From an uncultured Actinomycetota bacterium (GTDB lineage: Bacteria > Actinomycetota > Thermoleophilia > Solirubrobacterales > Solirubrobacteraceae): a stretch of DNA of 64,000 nt. The position numbers and the translations under genes were made by a program. Within the stretch, counting starts at the first letter, position 1, and each line of letters opens with the position of its first letter. Shown here piece by piece: positions 40,846 through 49,975 of this stretch. The notes under the pieces were generated by a model that saw only the letters and a program-made list of their open reading frames with translations, ran no database searches and was not told the origin of the DNA. The stretch is from the NCBI GenBank assembly GCA_963797705.1, contig CAWCQL010000002.1:877438-941437 (forward strand), written 5' to 3'.

Positions 40846-42462
40846 TCAGCCGGCCTGGGCGCGTGCGTGCGTGCGCATCTCGGACAGGATGCGTTCGAGC
40901 CGCGGTTCGGTGTCGGCGTCGACGTGGGTCATCGCCGCCGCCACCGCCGGGTGCACCGTCGCGATCTGAGCGTGCATCTCGTGAGCGACGGCGCGATAGC
41001 TGGGATGGCCTTCACGGCCGGAGCGCAGCTCGATGAGCTGCATCGCCTCACGCGCATTGAGGTCGAGCACGAACCGGATCCGGTAACCCAGGCACAGGGC
41101 GTACGGGGCGGCACTGGCCAGCCCGGCGTCGACCAGCCGCTCGTACTCGGCCCGTGACGTGTCGAGCGCGCGGCGGTAGGCGTCGCCGGCGCCCGCCGCG
41201 TCCACCTGCCCGGGCACGCCCGCGCCGAGGTCGGGGGTGAGCGACTGCCACTGCACAGTGAGCATGCGGTGGCGCTGCAGGTCGCGAAAGGCGCCGTAGT
41301 CGGCGACGATCTCGAAGCGGTAACGCAGCGCCTCAAAGCCCCGCCCCGGACGGTGCCGGCGGTTGGCGCGCTCGCCGACGAGGTCGGACAGCAACTCCGC
41401 GCGCTCAGCCTCAGACAGCGCCTCGATCGAGCGCCGGATCGCGTCCTCGGAGGTGGCGCCGGCCTCGAACATCAGCGCCGTCAGCAGGTCGTCCTCGTCA
41501 CCGTCGACGTGGGTGAGGCGCACCGACGGGCCGGTGATGGCCTCGGTCTCCTCGTCGAGGCCCAGCCGCCGGGCCCAGCGCGCGCCGGCCTCCGCGCGCG
41601 ACTGCAGGTAGCCGACCCACTGGCCGCCGCGGTCGGGGCGGTCCACGCGAGCGACGAAGCTCGGCATCACCTTCTGGAGCTCCCGGAGGATCATCGCACC
41701 GTAGTGGCGGGCCTCGGGCAGCGGGTGGGCCAGGAGGTGCAGGATGAGCTGCTCGTAGGTCTGCCCGGTGGCGAAGATCCCCATGTGCGACAGCGAACTG
41801 GCCGGCAGCAGCCCACGCAGGAGGTCGAGTGCCTTGGCCTTCAGCGCGCGGGCGTGGGCGGCGGGCGCGTCGTCGTCGGTGCGGGGGAACTCGTCCTGCG
41901 CCCAGGCGACCACCTGGGGGAGCGTCGCGGAGTAGGTCGCAAAGAGCTCGTCCATGGCCCGGGTGTAGGCCGGGCCGAGCTCGGCGTCGCGGTAGTAGCG
42001 ATAGCGCGGCCCGCCCGCCCCCGGGTCGGCGGACCCGTCCGGCATCGGGGCGTCATAGGCGATGTAGCGCGTGGACTGCTCCAAGTAGGCCCCCAGCCGC
42101 GGACGCTGCAGGACCTTGGTGAGCACGTTGGAGACCCACTCGCAGGCGACGTGGGCCCCACCCAGCTGCGCCACCGAGTCATCCCCATATCCCAGGAAGA
42201 TGCGCTCGTACAGCTGCGCGGCGCGCGAGGAGTCCCCACCCGCCTCGGCGGCGGTCTCGTCCCCGTCCGGGAGGTCGGCCGCGAACTCATCGAGCAGCAG
42301 CCTGCGCAGCGTTCCCGGGTAGCGCGAGTAGCGCGCGAACAGGGCGCCCTTCAGCGTCTCGGGCAGGTTGACCAGCGCGAACACCGGCTGGTCGAGATTC
42401 GTGACGTGGGCGCGCAGCAGGGCGCGCTCGTCGTCGGTGAAGGTCTCGACCGGGTAATCCAC
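40846..42462 (-). CDS. thyX: FAD-dependent thymidylate synthase, tandem double-domain form
   Basis: N-domain GYGDDSVAQL, EQSTRY; C-domain DLQRHR, ELRS, GHPSYR. Confidence 0.8.
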   Translation of the reverse strand: MDYPVETFTDDERALLRAHVTNLDQPVFALVNLPETLKGALFARYSRYPGTLRRLLLDEFAADLPDGDETAAEAGGDSSRAAQLYERIFLGYGDDSVAQLGGAHVACEWVSNVLTKVLQRPRLGAYLEQSTRYIAYDAPMPDGSADPGAGGPRYRYYRDAELGPAYTRAMDELFATYSATLPQVVAWAQDEFPRTDDDAPAAHARALKAKALDLLRGLLPASSLSHMGIFATGQTYEQLILHLLAHPLPEARHYGAMILRELQKVMPSFVARVDRPDRGGQWVGYLQSRAEAGARWARRLGLDEETEAITGPSVRLTHVDGDEDDLLTALMFEAGATSEDAIRRSIEALSEAERAELLSDLVGERANRRHRPGRGFEALRYRFEIVADYGAFRDLQRHRMLTVQWQSLTPDLGAGVPGQVDAAGAGDAYRRALDTSRAEYERLVDAGLASAAPYALCLGYRIRFVLDLNAREAMQLIELRSGREGHPSYRAVAHEMHAQIATVHPAVAAAMTHVDADTEPRLERILSEMRTHARAQAG

Positions 42463-42512
42463 GGGCGGCCGATCGTAGCGGCGCGTGCGGAGGTCTCCAC
42501 GCCTCGGGCCGC

Positions 42513-43028
42513 TCACCACCGCCCGCGGTGCACGACCTCCTCAAACGGCCGCCGGTCGGGCCGCTGGATCGGGGCCAGCGGGCGGCCGGACGGGTAGCCG
42601 AAGTCGATCATGATGTAGGCGACGCGATCCTCCGGCAGGCCCAGGATCTCCCGGGCCCGCGGCTGGTCGCCCACTGCGGAGTGCCCGGAGCCGATCCCCA
42701 GATCGGCGGCGGCGATCATCATCTGGACCGACGCCTGGCCGGCGTCGAAGGCGGCGCGCTCGAGCCGGCCGGCCTCCTCGAACTCGGGCAGGACGATGAC
42801 GACCGTTGCCGCCGAGTGCGCGATGTGCGCGCCTCCGCGCCACACCTGCGCCAGCTCCGTGAGCTGCGCGCGGTCAGTGACGACCACGAAGTCCCACGGC
42901 TGCCAGTTGCGCGAGGACGGCGCCCGCCGGGCCGCCTCCAGGATCCGGTCGAGGTCCTCGTCTCCGATCGGGCGGTCGGCGAACTCGCGGACGTTGCGGC
43001 GACTTCGGATGGCGTCCCAGGTTTCCAT
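42513..43028 (-). CDS. Nitroreductase family protein
   Basis: IRSRRNVREF, APSSRNWQPW, LGIGS. Confidence 0.9.
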   Translation of the reverse strand: METWDAIRSRRNVREFADRPIGDEDLDRILEAARRAPSSRNWQPWDFVVVTDRAQLTELAQVWRGGAHIAHSAATVVIVLPEFEEAGRLERAAFDAGQASVQMMIAAADLGIGSGHSAVGDQPRAREILGLPEDRVAYIMIDFGYPSGRPLAPIQRPDRRPFEEVVHRGRW

Positions 43029-43106
43029 GCGTGGGCCTCTCTCGTTACGTGTAAAAACTCCGCCACACATTCTCCCGGCCGGAGGCGCGGCTGGCACGCT
43101 AGGACC

Positions 43107-44082
43107 GTGGCCGAGGGCGAATTGCCTCATAGTGATGCAAAACACCCTCGGCGTGAGATGGCGCTCGCTCGACTGGCCGGTCGCCAGGGTGGTGTGGTCT
43201 CCCGGGAGCAGCTGGACGCCCTGGGGTTCACGCGAGCCCAAGTGGCGCGACGGGTCGCGCAGGGCCGCCTTCATCAGCTGTTTCACCAGGTTTACGCGGT
43301 CGGCCACCGCCGCATAGCCGACCGCGCCCATCTCCTGGCGGCAGTCCTGAGCCTGGGGCCGACCGCATTCCTCAGCCATCGCACCGCGGCCGCCGTCTGG
43401 GGGCTGCGGGCGGTCAACCTGCACGCCATCGAACTGACCGTCCCCGGGTCCGGCGGCCGCCGCCGACCGGGCCTCACGCTCCATCGCTGCGAGGACCTCC
43501 CCCACCATGACGATGTCCGACGCCACGTGGAACTACGGCTGAGCTCGGTCCCTCGGATGCTCGTCGAGTTGGCCCCTGTTGAGACGCCACGGGAGCTCGA
43601 GCGCCTCGTCACCCTCGCCGTGCGCAAACGGCTCTTGCGACCGGATGCCCGTGACGGGCGAGAAACGATCGAGGCGGCGCTCGCGCGCCACCACACTCGA
43701 CAACGGGATCACCCGGCTCCGCGCGGTGCTTGCCGCCTACCTGCGCACCGAGGACTACACGTCCTACCTCGAGCTCGCCTTCGATCGCCTCCTCGCTCAG
43801 CACCCAGACATCCCCGCACCGCAGCACAACATCCACATCGATGTCTGGGAGATCGACCGGTTCTGGCCCGAGCAGGGCCTCGCTGTCGAGCTCGACGGCC
43901 GCCCGTACCACGTCGCAGTGGCGGACATGGAGCGCGATCGTCGCAAGGACGCCGCGCTGCAACGTCTGGGGCTCACGCCGCTGCGCTTCACCGATGTCCG
44001 TGTCGAGCACGACCCAAGGGGCATCCTCAGTGATCTCCGCCACTTCCTGGGTCTCTCCCCGCCCGAGGGCCCGGCAGTCTAA
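43107..44082 (+). CDS. AbiEi-like N-terminal domain + DUF559/very-short-patch endonuclease-like protein (frameshift near 43690)
   Basis: QGGVVSREQL, VYAVGH, LSHRTAAAVWGL; EIDRFW, VELDG..YH, DRRKDAAL. Confidence 0.8.
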
Positions 44083-44096
44083 GCTGCGCGATACGC

Positions 44097-45680
44097 ATGC
44101 GTACCAACGACGCCATGCTCGCCGGGACCGAGACCGAGACCGAGACCGCCAGCACCACCGCGACGCCCGAGCACGTCGACGTTCTCATCATCGGCGCCGG
44201 TCTGTCGGGGATCGGCGCCGCGTGCCACCTGCAACGCGAGTGTCCCGAGCGCTCCTACCTGATCCTGGAGGCGCGGGAGCGGATCGGCGGCACCTGGGAC
44301 CTGTTCCGCTATCCGGGCGTCCGCTCGGACTCCGACATGCACACCCTGGGCTATTCGTTCAGCCCGTGGGAGGACACCAGGGCGATTGCCGACGGCGCCT
44401 CGATCCTGCGCTACGTCACGCAAACAGCCGAGCACTATGGCGTCGGCGCAAGGATCCGCACCGGCCACCCGGTCACCCGCGCGGAGTACTCGAGCGCCGA
44501 CTCGCGCTGGACCGTCCACGCACGGCGCGCGGACACGGGCGAGTCACAGGTGTTCACCTGCGCCTTCCTGCACTGCTGTGGCGGCTACTACCGCTACGAC
44601 GCCGGGTATACGCCCGAGTTCGCCGGGGTCGATCGCTTCTCCGGCCCGGTAATCCATCCCCAGCATTGGCCCGAAGACCTCGACACCGCCGGCAAGCGCG
44701 TGCTGGTCATCGGCAGCGGCGCCACCGCGGTGACCCTCGTGCCGGCGCTGGCGGAGACCGCACAGCACGTGACCATGCTTCAGCGTTCGCCCACCTACGT
44801 CGTATCGCTGCCCTCGCGCGACGGCATCGCCGACTGGCTGCGCCGCCGGCTGCCCGGCAAGATCGCCTACCACCTCGTGCGCGTCAAGAACGTCGCGCTG
44901 ATGACACTGTCCTACCAGCTCAGCCGTCGCCGGCCCAACCTCATGAAGTCGGTCATCCGCCGCGGCGCGCAGCGCCAGCTGCCTGACGGCTACGACGTCG
45001 ACACGCACTTCAAGCCCGACTACAACCCCTGGGACCAGCGTATGTGCATCGTCCCCGACGGCGACCTCTTCGCCGCGGTGACCGCGGGCCGGGCCTCGAT
45101 CGTCACCGACCACGTCACCACGTTCACGGAGCGTGGCGTGCAACTGCGCTCCGGCGCCGAGCTCGAGGCTGACGTGATCGTCACCGCCACCGGGCTGCAG
45201 ATGCTCGCGCTGGGCGGGATCGATCTCGCCGTAGACGGCGAGCCGGTGCACCTGCCCGACCAGGTGGTCTACAAGGGAATGATGCTCAGCGGCGTCCCCA
45301 ACTTCGCCTTCACGGTCGGCTACACCAACGCGTCGTGGACGCTGAAGGCCGATCTCACCGCGTCCTACGTGTGCCGCCTGCTCACCCACATGCGCCGTCA
45401 CGGCTACGCGCAGTGCATGCCCGCCGACGAGGACCCGGGCCTTGTCCGCGAGCCGTTGCTCAACCTCAACTCCGGGTACGTGCTGCGCTCGGTGCAGGAC
45501 TTCCCCAGCCAGGGCTCCAAGCGGCCGTGGCGAGTGCACCAGAACTATGCCTTGGACGTGTTGAGCTTCAAGCTCGGCGGGGTGGACGACGGGGTGATGC
45601 GCTTCAGCGGCAACGGCGTCCGTCGCGGCGACGGCTCGGCAGCTCGGCCCGCGGAGGCTCAGCCGGCGCTATCGGGGTGA
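44097..45680 (+). CDS. Flavin-containing (Baeyer-Villiger/EthA-like) monooxygenase
   Basis: GAGLSG, GGTWDLFRYPG, FSGPVIHPQHW, GSGATA, PWDQR. Confidence 0.92.
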   Translation: MRTNDAMLAGTETETETASTTATPEHVDVLIIGAGLSGIGAACHLQRECPERSYLILEARERIGGTWDLFRYPGVRSDSDMHTLGYSFSPWEDTRAIADGASILRYVTQTAEHYGVGARIRTGHPVTRAEYSSADSRWTVHARRADTGESQVFTCAFLHCCGGYYRYDAGYTPEFAGVDRFSGPVIHPQHWPEDLDTAGKRVLVIGSGATAVTLVPALAETAQHVTMLQRSPTYVVSLPSRDGIADWLRRRLPGKIAYHLVRVKNVALMTLSYQLSRRRPNLMKSVIRRGAQRQLPDGYDVDTHFKPDYNPWDQRMCIVPDGDLFAAVTAGRASIVTDHVTTFTERGVQLRSGAELEADVIVTATGLQMLALGGIDLAVDGEPVHLPDQVVYKGMMLSGVPNFAFTVGYTNASWTLKADLTASYVCRLLTHMRRHGYAQCMPADEDPGLVREPLLNLNSGYVLRSVQDFPSQGSKRPWRVHQNYALDVLSFKLGGVDDGVMRFSGNGVRRGDGSAARPAEAQPALSG

Positions 45681-45853
45681 CCGGTCGACTGGGAGCCCTC
45701 TCCGGCCTCCCCGCCTGACTTCTCGTCACCGCCGCCGGCGCCCTTGCGCCGCACATGTTCGCCTCCCCCGTGGCCGGGCTCGGCCTCCTCGGCGTTCTGG
45801 TTTGACACCGAGCCGGGCAGCGGCTGGTCTTTGCGGTCGCGTTCGTCGTCCAT
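45659..45853 (-). CDS. Small acidic Gly-rich hypothetical protein (64 aa)
   Basis: Hydrophilic ORF; GGGTAG just upstream resembles a SigB/SigF -10 element. Confidence 0.4.
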   Translation of the reverse strand: MDDERDRKDQPLPGSVSNQNAEEAEPGHGGGEHVRRKGAGGGDEKSGGEAGEGSQSTGHPDSAG

Positions 45854-45922
45854 ACCCGGGCGCTACCCGCCGCCGCGCGCCGCACACACCCGGGCCCGCG
45901 GACATGCCAACCTAAGCCCACC

Positions 45923-46816
45923 ATGCCCGACCGCCTCATACCCCGTTCGCTGGTGTGGGCCACCAGCATCGACGTCCTCTCGTCCGAGCGCGTCGTGCAG
46001 CGCCGGGACGGCTATCTCGTGGTGCGCTCGCCCACCAACCCGGCGTTTTGGTGGGGGAATCTGCTCGTGTTCGATGAGCCACCAGCCGCCGGCGACGGCG
46101 AGCGCTGGGAGGCGCTCTTCGCCGCCGAGTTCGCCGACGAGCCGCGCGTCGCGCACCGGACGTTCGCCTGGGACCGCACTGACGATGAGCGTGGCGCGAT
46201 GGCCGGCGAGTTCCTGGCTCGCGGCTACGACGCCGAACTGAGCGTCGGCATGATCGCCACACCGGAAGAGATCCATCCCCACCCGCGTGCCAACGCCGAG
46301 GTGCGAGTCGCCGCTCTGGACCCGACAACGGGCGGTCCCGACGAGGAGCGCTGGGAGCAGGTCATCGAGCTCCAGGTCGCCGCGCGCGATGTGGAGCGCC
46401 TGAAGGATGAGGAGCTCCATCGCGTCTTCAGCCGCGCTCGGCTGGCTGAGCTGCGCACGACGTTCCAGGCGGGTCTCGGCGCCTGGTACGTCGCCCTCGA
46501 CGGCGACGTCGTGGCCGGCTCGATGGGGATCGTCGTCACCGGCGGCCGCGGGGCGCGGGCCCGGCGCGCTCGATTCCAGGCCGTCGACACCGCCATCACC
46601 CACCGCCGGCGGGGCATCTGCTCACGGCTGCTCGTCGACGCCGCCCGCCACGCGGTCGCCACCTACGGCGCCGACCGGCTCGTCATCGTCGCCGACCCCG
46701 ACTATCACGCCGCCGGGATCTACGAGTCCGTCGGCTTCACGCCCGTCGAGCGGGTGTGCGGGGTGTGCCGCCAGCCGCCGGGCGACGCCCCGGAGCCCAC
46801 CCGCGAGACGACGTAG
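45923..46816 (+). CDS. GNAT family N-acetyltransferase
   Basis: VDT...HRRRGICSRL, AAGIYESVGF. Confidence 0.85.
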   Translation: MPDRLIPRSLVWATSIDVLSSERVVQRRDGYLVVRSPTNPAFWWGNLLVFDEPPAAGDGERWEALFAAEFADEPRVAHRTFAWDRTDDERGAMAGEFLARGYDAELSVGMIATPEEIHPHPRANAEVRVAALDPTTGGPDEERWEQVIELQVAARDVERLKDEELHRVFSRARLAELRTTFQAGLGAWYVALDGDVVAGSMGIVVTGGRGARARRARFQAVDTAITHRRRGICSRLLVDAARHAVATYGADRLVIVADPDYHAAGIYESVGFTPVERVCGVCRQPPGDAPEPTRETT

Positions 46817-46828
46817 AGCGCGGCGCGG

Positions 46829-48463
46829 CTAGCTCAGGCCCAGCGCCCGCCCGGCGTGGGCGGCGAAGGTGAACAGCACCGACGGGAAGATCCCGAAAAC
46901 AATCGTGGCGGCGCCGAACAGCACCGCCACCGCGGTGACCTCCGGCGCGGGCCTGGCGGCGCCCACCCTGACCGGGGCCACGCCGGCGGCGCCCGGCGCG
47001 GTGGTGAAGCCGCCTTCGTCCTCGTCGGCCTCGGGTGAGCCGCCGGCGATCGGGGCCAGCCCGCCCCGTCCGCCCATGATCGCGCCACGCAAGCCTGGTC
47101 CGGGAGCCGGGACCTCGTCGCGCATCCACAGGGTGGCGATCACGCGCAGGTAGTAGGCCAGCGAGATCATCGAGCCGATCACCAGGACGACGGCCAGCCA
47201 CGTGTAACCGCCGTCGACCAGCGCGTGGATGAGCTGGAACTTGCCGATGAAGCCGACGGTCCCGGGGATCCCGGCCAGGGCCAGCATGGCGATCGACATC
47301 GGCCATGCCAGCCACGGGTCACGCCGTCCCAGGCCCGCCATGCCCGAGAGCTCATCGCCGTCGGGGCGCTGCCGCTGGACCGCGACGATCACCGCGAACG
47401 CGGTGAGGTTCATGAACATGTACAGCCCCAGGTACAGGACGGTTGCGTTGACACCCAGTTCGGTGGCGACGATGACGCCCGAGAGCATGTAGCCGGCCTG
47501 CGCGACGCTCGAGTACCCGAGCATGCGCTTGAGCGAGGACTGGTTGAGCGCTCCGACGTTGCCGACGATGATGGTGATGGCGGCGATCGTCGCCAGGGCG
47601 GGTGCCCACGTGCTGTGGACGTGGATCACGGCGACGTCGAAGAAGCGCAGCAGCACGCCCAGCGCGGCCGCCTTGGTGGCGGTGGCCATGAACGCCGTGA
47701 CCGGCGTCGGCGCGCCCTCGTAGACGTCGGGCGTCCACTGATGAAACGGAGCGACCGAGGCCTTGAAGGCAAAGCCGACGATGACCAGGGCGATCCCGGT
47801 GAGCAGCAGCGGGTCGCCCACCAGGCCGTTGCCGCCGTTGCCGGTGAGGATGGCGTTGGAGATCCCGGCGAACTGGGTGGAGCCGGTGGCCCCGTACACG
47901 AGCGCCAGGCCGTAGACGAGCGTGGCCGAGCCCACCGACCCGATGACGAGGTACTTCAGGCCCGACTCGAGCGAGCCCTCGCGGCGGAACTCCGAGGCGC
48001 ACAACACGTAGAGCGGGATCGACAGCAGCTCGAAGCCCACGAACAGCGTCACCAGGTTCTGGGAGGAGACGAGGATGGCCATTCCCAGCACGCTGAACAG
48101 GAGGAGCGCGTTGTACTCGCCATGACCGGCGCTGCGGGGCGCCTGGTCGCGCAGCGACAGGATCACGGCGGCGATCGCGGAGACGGCGAAGATCATGTCA
48201 AGCACCAGGGCCAGGCCATCGATGGCCAGCGCGCCGGAGATGATCGACGCGGGGTGGTGCAGGCGGGTGGCCTCGATGACGATCGAGGCGATGAGGACGC
48301 CGATGGTGACCAGCGGCACCACCACGGTGCGAGCCACCTGGCCGAAGAGACCGATCACCAGCACCACCAGCGCGCCGACGCCGAGGATGACGATCGGCAT
48401 GAACGAGGCCCAGTCGATGTGGGGGCCCTTGAGGTGGGCGGCAGCGAGGATCAACGTGTTCAT
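46829..48463 (-). CDS. nuoN: NADH-quinone oxidoreductase subunit N
   Basis: ESGLKY, FKASVAPFHQWTPDVYEGAP, KRMLGYSS. Confidence 0.93.
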   Translation of the reverse strand: MNTLILAAAHLKGPHIDWASFMPIVILGVGALVVLVIGLFGQVARTVVVPLVTIGVLIASIVIEATRLHHPASIISGALAIDGLALVLDMIFAVSAIAAVILSLRDQAPRSAGHGEYNALLLFSVLGMAILVSSQNLVTLFVGFELLSIPLYVLCASEFRREGSLESGLKYLVIGSVGSATLVYGLALVYGATGSTQFAGISNAILTGNGGNGLVGDPLLLTGIALVIVGFAFKASVAPFHQWTPDVYEGAPTPVTAFMATATKAAALGVLLRFFDVAVIHVHSTWAPALATIAAITIIVGNVGALNQSSLKRMLGYSSVAQAGYMLSGVIVATELGVNATVLYLGLYMFMNLTAFAVIVAVQRQRPDGDELSGMAGLGRRDPWLAWPMSIAMLALAGIPGTVGFIGKFQLIHALVDGGYTWLAVVLVIGSMISLAYYLRVIATLWMRDEVPAPGPGLRGAIMGGRGGLAPIAGGSPEADEDEGGFTTAPGAAGVAPVRVGAARPAPEVTAVAVLFGAATIVFGIFPSVLFTFAAHAGRALGLS

Positions 48464-49975
48464 GGGACCTGCGGCCACCTGGTGGCCACGGGCGGAGGCC
48501 TGCAGGACCTGCTGGGCCTGGGCCGGCGCCACCGCCGCCCTGACCGTCGACTCCGAGCGCCGGAGCCCGAACTGGGGATAGAAGGCCAGGACCAGGATCA
48601 CCGCCAGCACCCCGATGATCGGCAGCGCGTCGCCGATCGAGATGTCAAACGAGCTCACGCGCGGGCCCACCCGGTTGTGCATGCTGCTGATGAAGGCGCG
48701 CAGCGCGTAGGCCGCGGCGCCGACGACGCCCAGCGAGGCCACAACCGCGATCGGCAGCTTGGCGTTGAACACGCCCAGCAGGATCATGAACTCCCCGACG
48801 AAGTTCGCCGACCCGGGCATGGCCAGCCACACGAGGGTGGCGATGAGGAAGAGGCTGGCCAGGACCGGGGCGCGGAAGGCGATCCCGCCCATGTCGGAGA
48901 GCTTCTCCGAGCCGCCGGCGCGCACCGCCAGCGCGGCGACGATGAAGAACAGCGGCGCCGTGACCAGCGCGTGGTTGACCATCTGCAGCAGCGCGCCCTG
49001 GGCGCCCTCGGGGCGCAGCGAGAAGATGCCCAGCAGGATGAAGCCGAGCTGGGCCACGCTCGAGTAGGCGATGACGAGCCGCGCGTCGGGCGTGGTCATG
49101 GCCACAAGGGTCGCCCAGATGATCGACACCAGGGCGATGAGGAGCATCAGCGTCTGGAAGTGCACCGCCGCGTAGGGGAACAGCGGGAGCACGATGCGCA
49201 GGAAGCCGTAGGCGGCGACCTTGGACAGGATCGCGGAGAACACCGCCACCGCTGGGATCGGCATCGCCTTATAGCCGTCGGGCAGCCAGCCGTGGAACGG
49301 AACGAGCGGCATCTTGACCAGGAAGGCCACGGCGAAGGCCAGGAACACCCACGTCTGCGTGGTGTGCGAGAGCGGCAGGCCCTGCAGCGAGGAGAGGACG
49401 AACGTGAGCGGCGTGCCGTGCTGGCTGGAGGCCAGCGCGCCGGTGGCGATGGCGGCGACCAGCATGAAGAACGAGCCGATCAGCGTGTAGATGACCAGCC
49501 GCGTCGTCGCCCGCACCCGGTCGGGCCCGCCCCAGATCCCCGAGAGGAAGTAGAACGGGATGAGCATCAGATCGAAGAAGGCCACGAACAGGGCGAGGTC
49601 CTGGGCGCAGAAGGCGCCGAGCACGGCGCTCTCGGCCAGCCCGAAGTGGAAGAAGAAGACCTTCGGGCGGTCCCACTCGTGGGCCGAGGCCCACAGCAGG
49701 GCGGCGCAGAAGATGATCGTCGTCGTCATGATCAGCGCGACGTTCAGCCCGTCCAGCCCGAGCTTGTAGTGGATCCCCAGCGCCGAGATCCACACCTTGT
49801 CGGTGACGAACTGCAGACCGACGTGGCCGGCCTCAAAGCGCGCCAGGAAGCTGATGGCCAGGCCCACCGTGATCGCGCTCCACACCACGGCGGCGCGCCC
49901 GGCCAGTCGCGCCGGCAGCAGCGCTGAGAGCAGCGACAGCGCGAGCGGGACCCAGATGAGAATCGAGAGCGTCAT
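48460..49975 (-). CDS. nuoM: NADH-quinone oxidoreductase subunit M (runs in frame into nuoN in this read)
   Basis: LGLDG, VKMPLVPFHGWLP, AYSSVAQ, PGSANFVGE. Confidence 0.92.

Noticed and set aside
43107-44082. AbiEi/DUF559 gene as a toxin-antitoxin or defence system
   Set aside because: No AbiEii nucleotidyltransferase partner is adjacent, and solo genes of this type are common in actinobacteria
44125-44150. (accgag)n short tandem repeat
   Set aside because: Only about three copies, in frame, encoding TETETET in the monooxygenase N-terminus; no sign of phase variation
47225-49927. Long antisense ORFs such as the 900-aa ORF opposite nuoMN and the 507-aa ORF opposite the aldehyde dehydrogenase
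   Set aside because: Typical shadow ORFs of GC-biased coding strands, with no recognisable motifs
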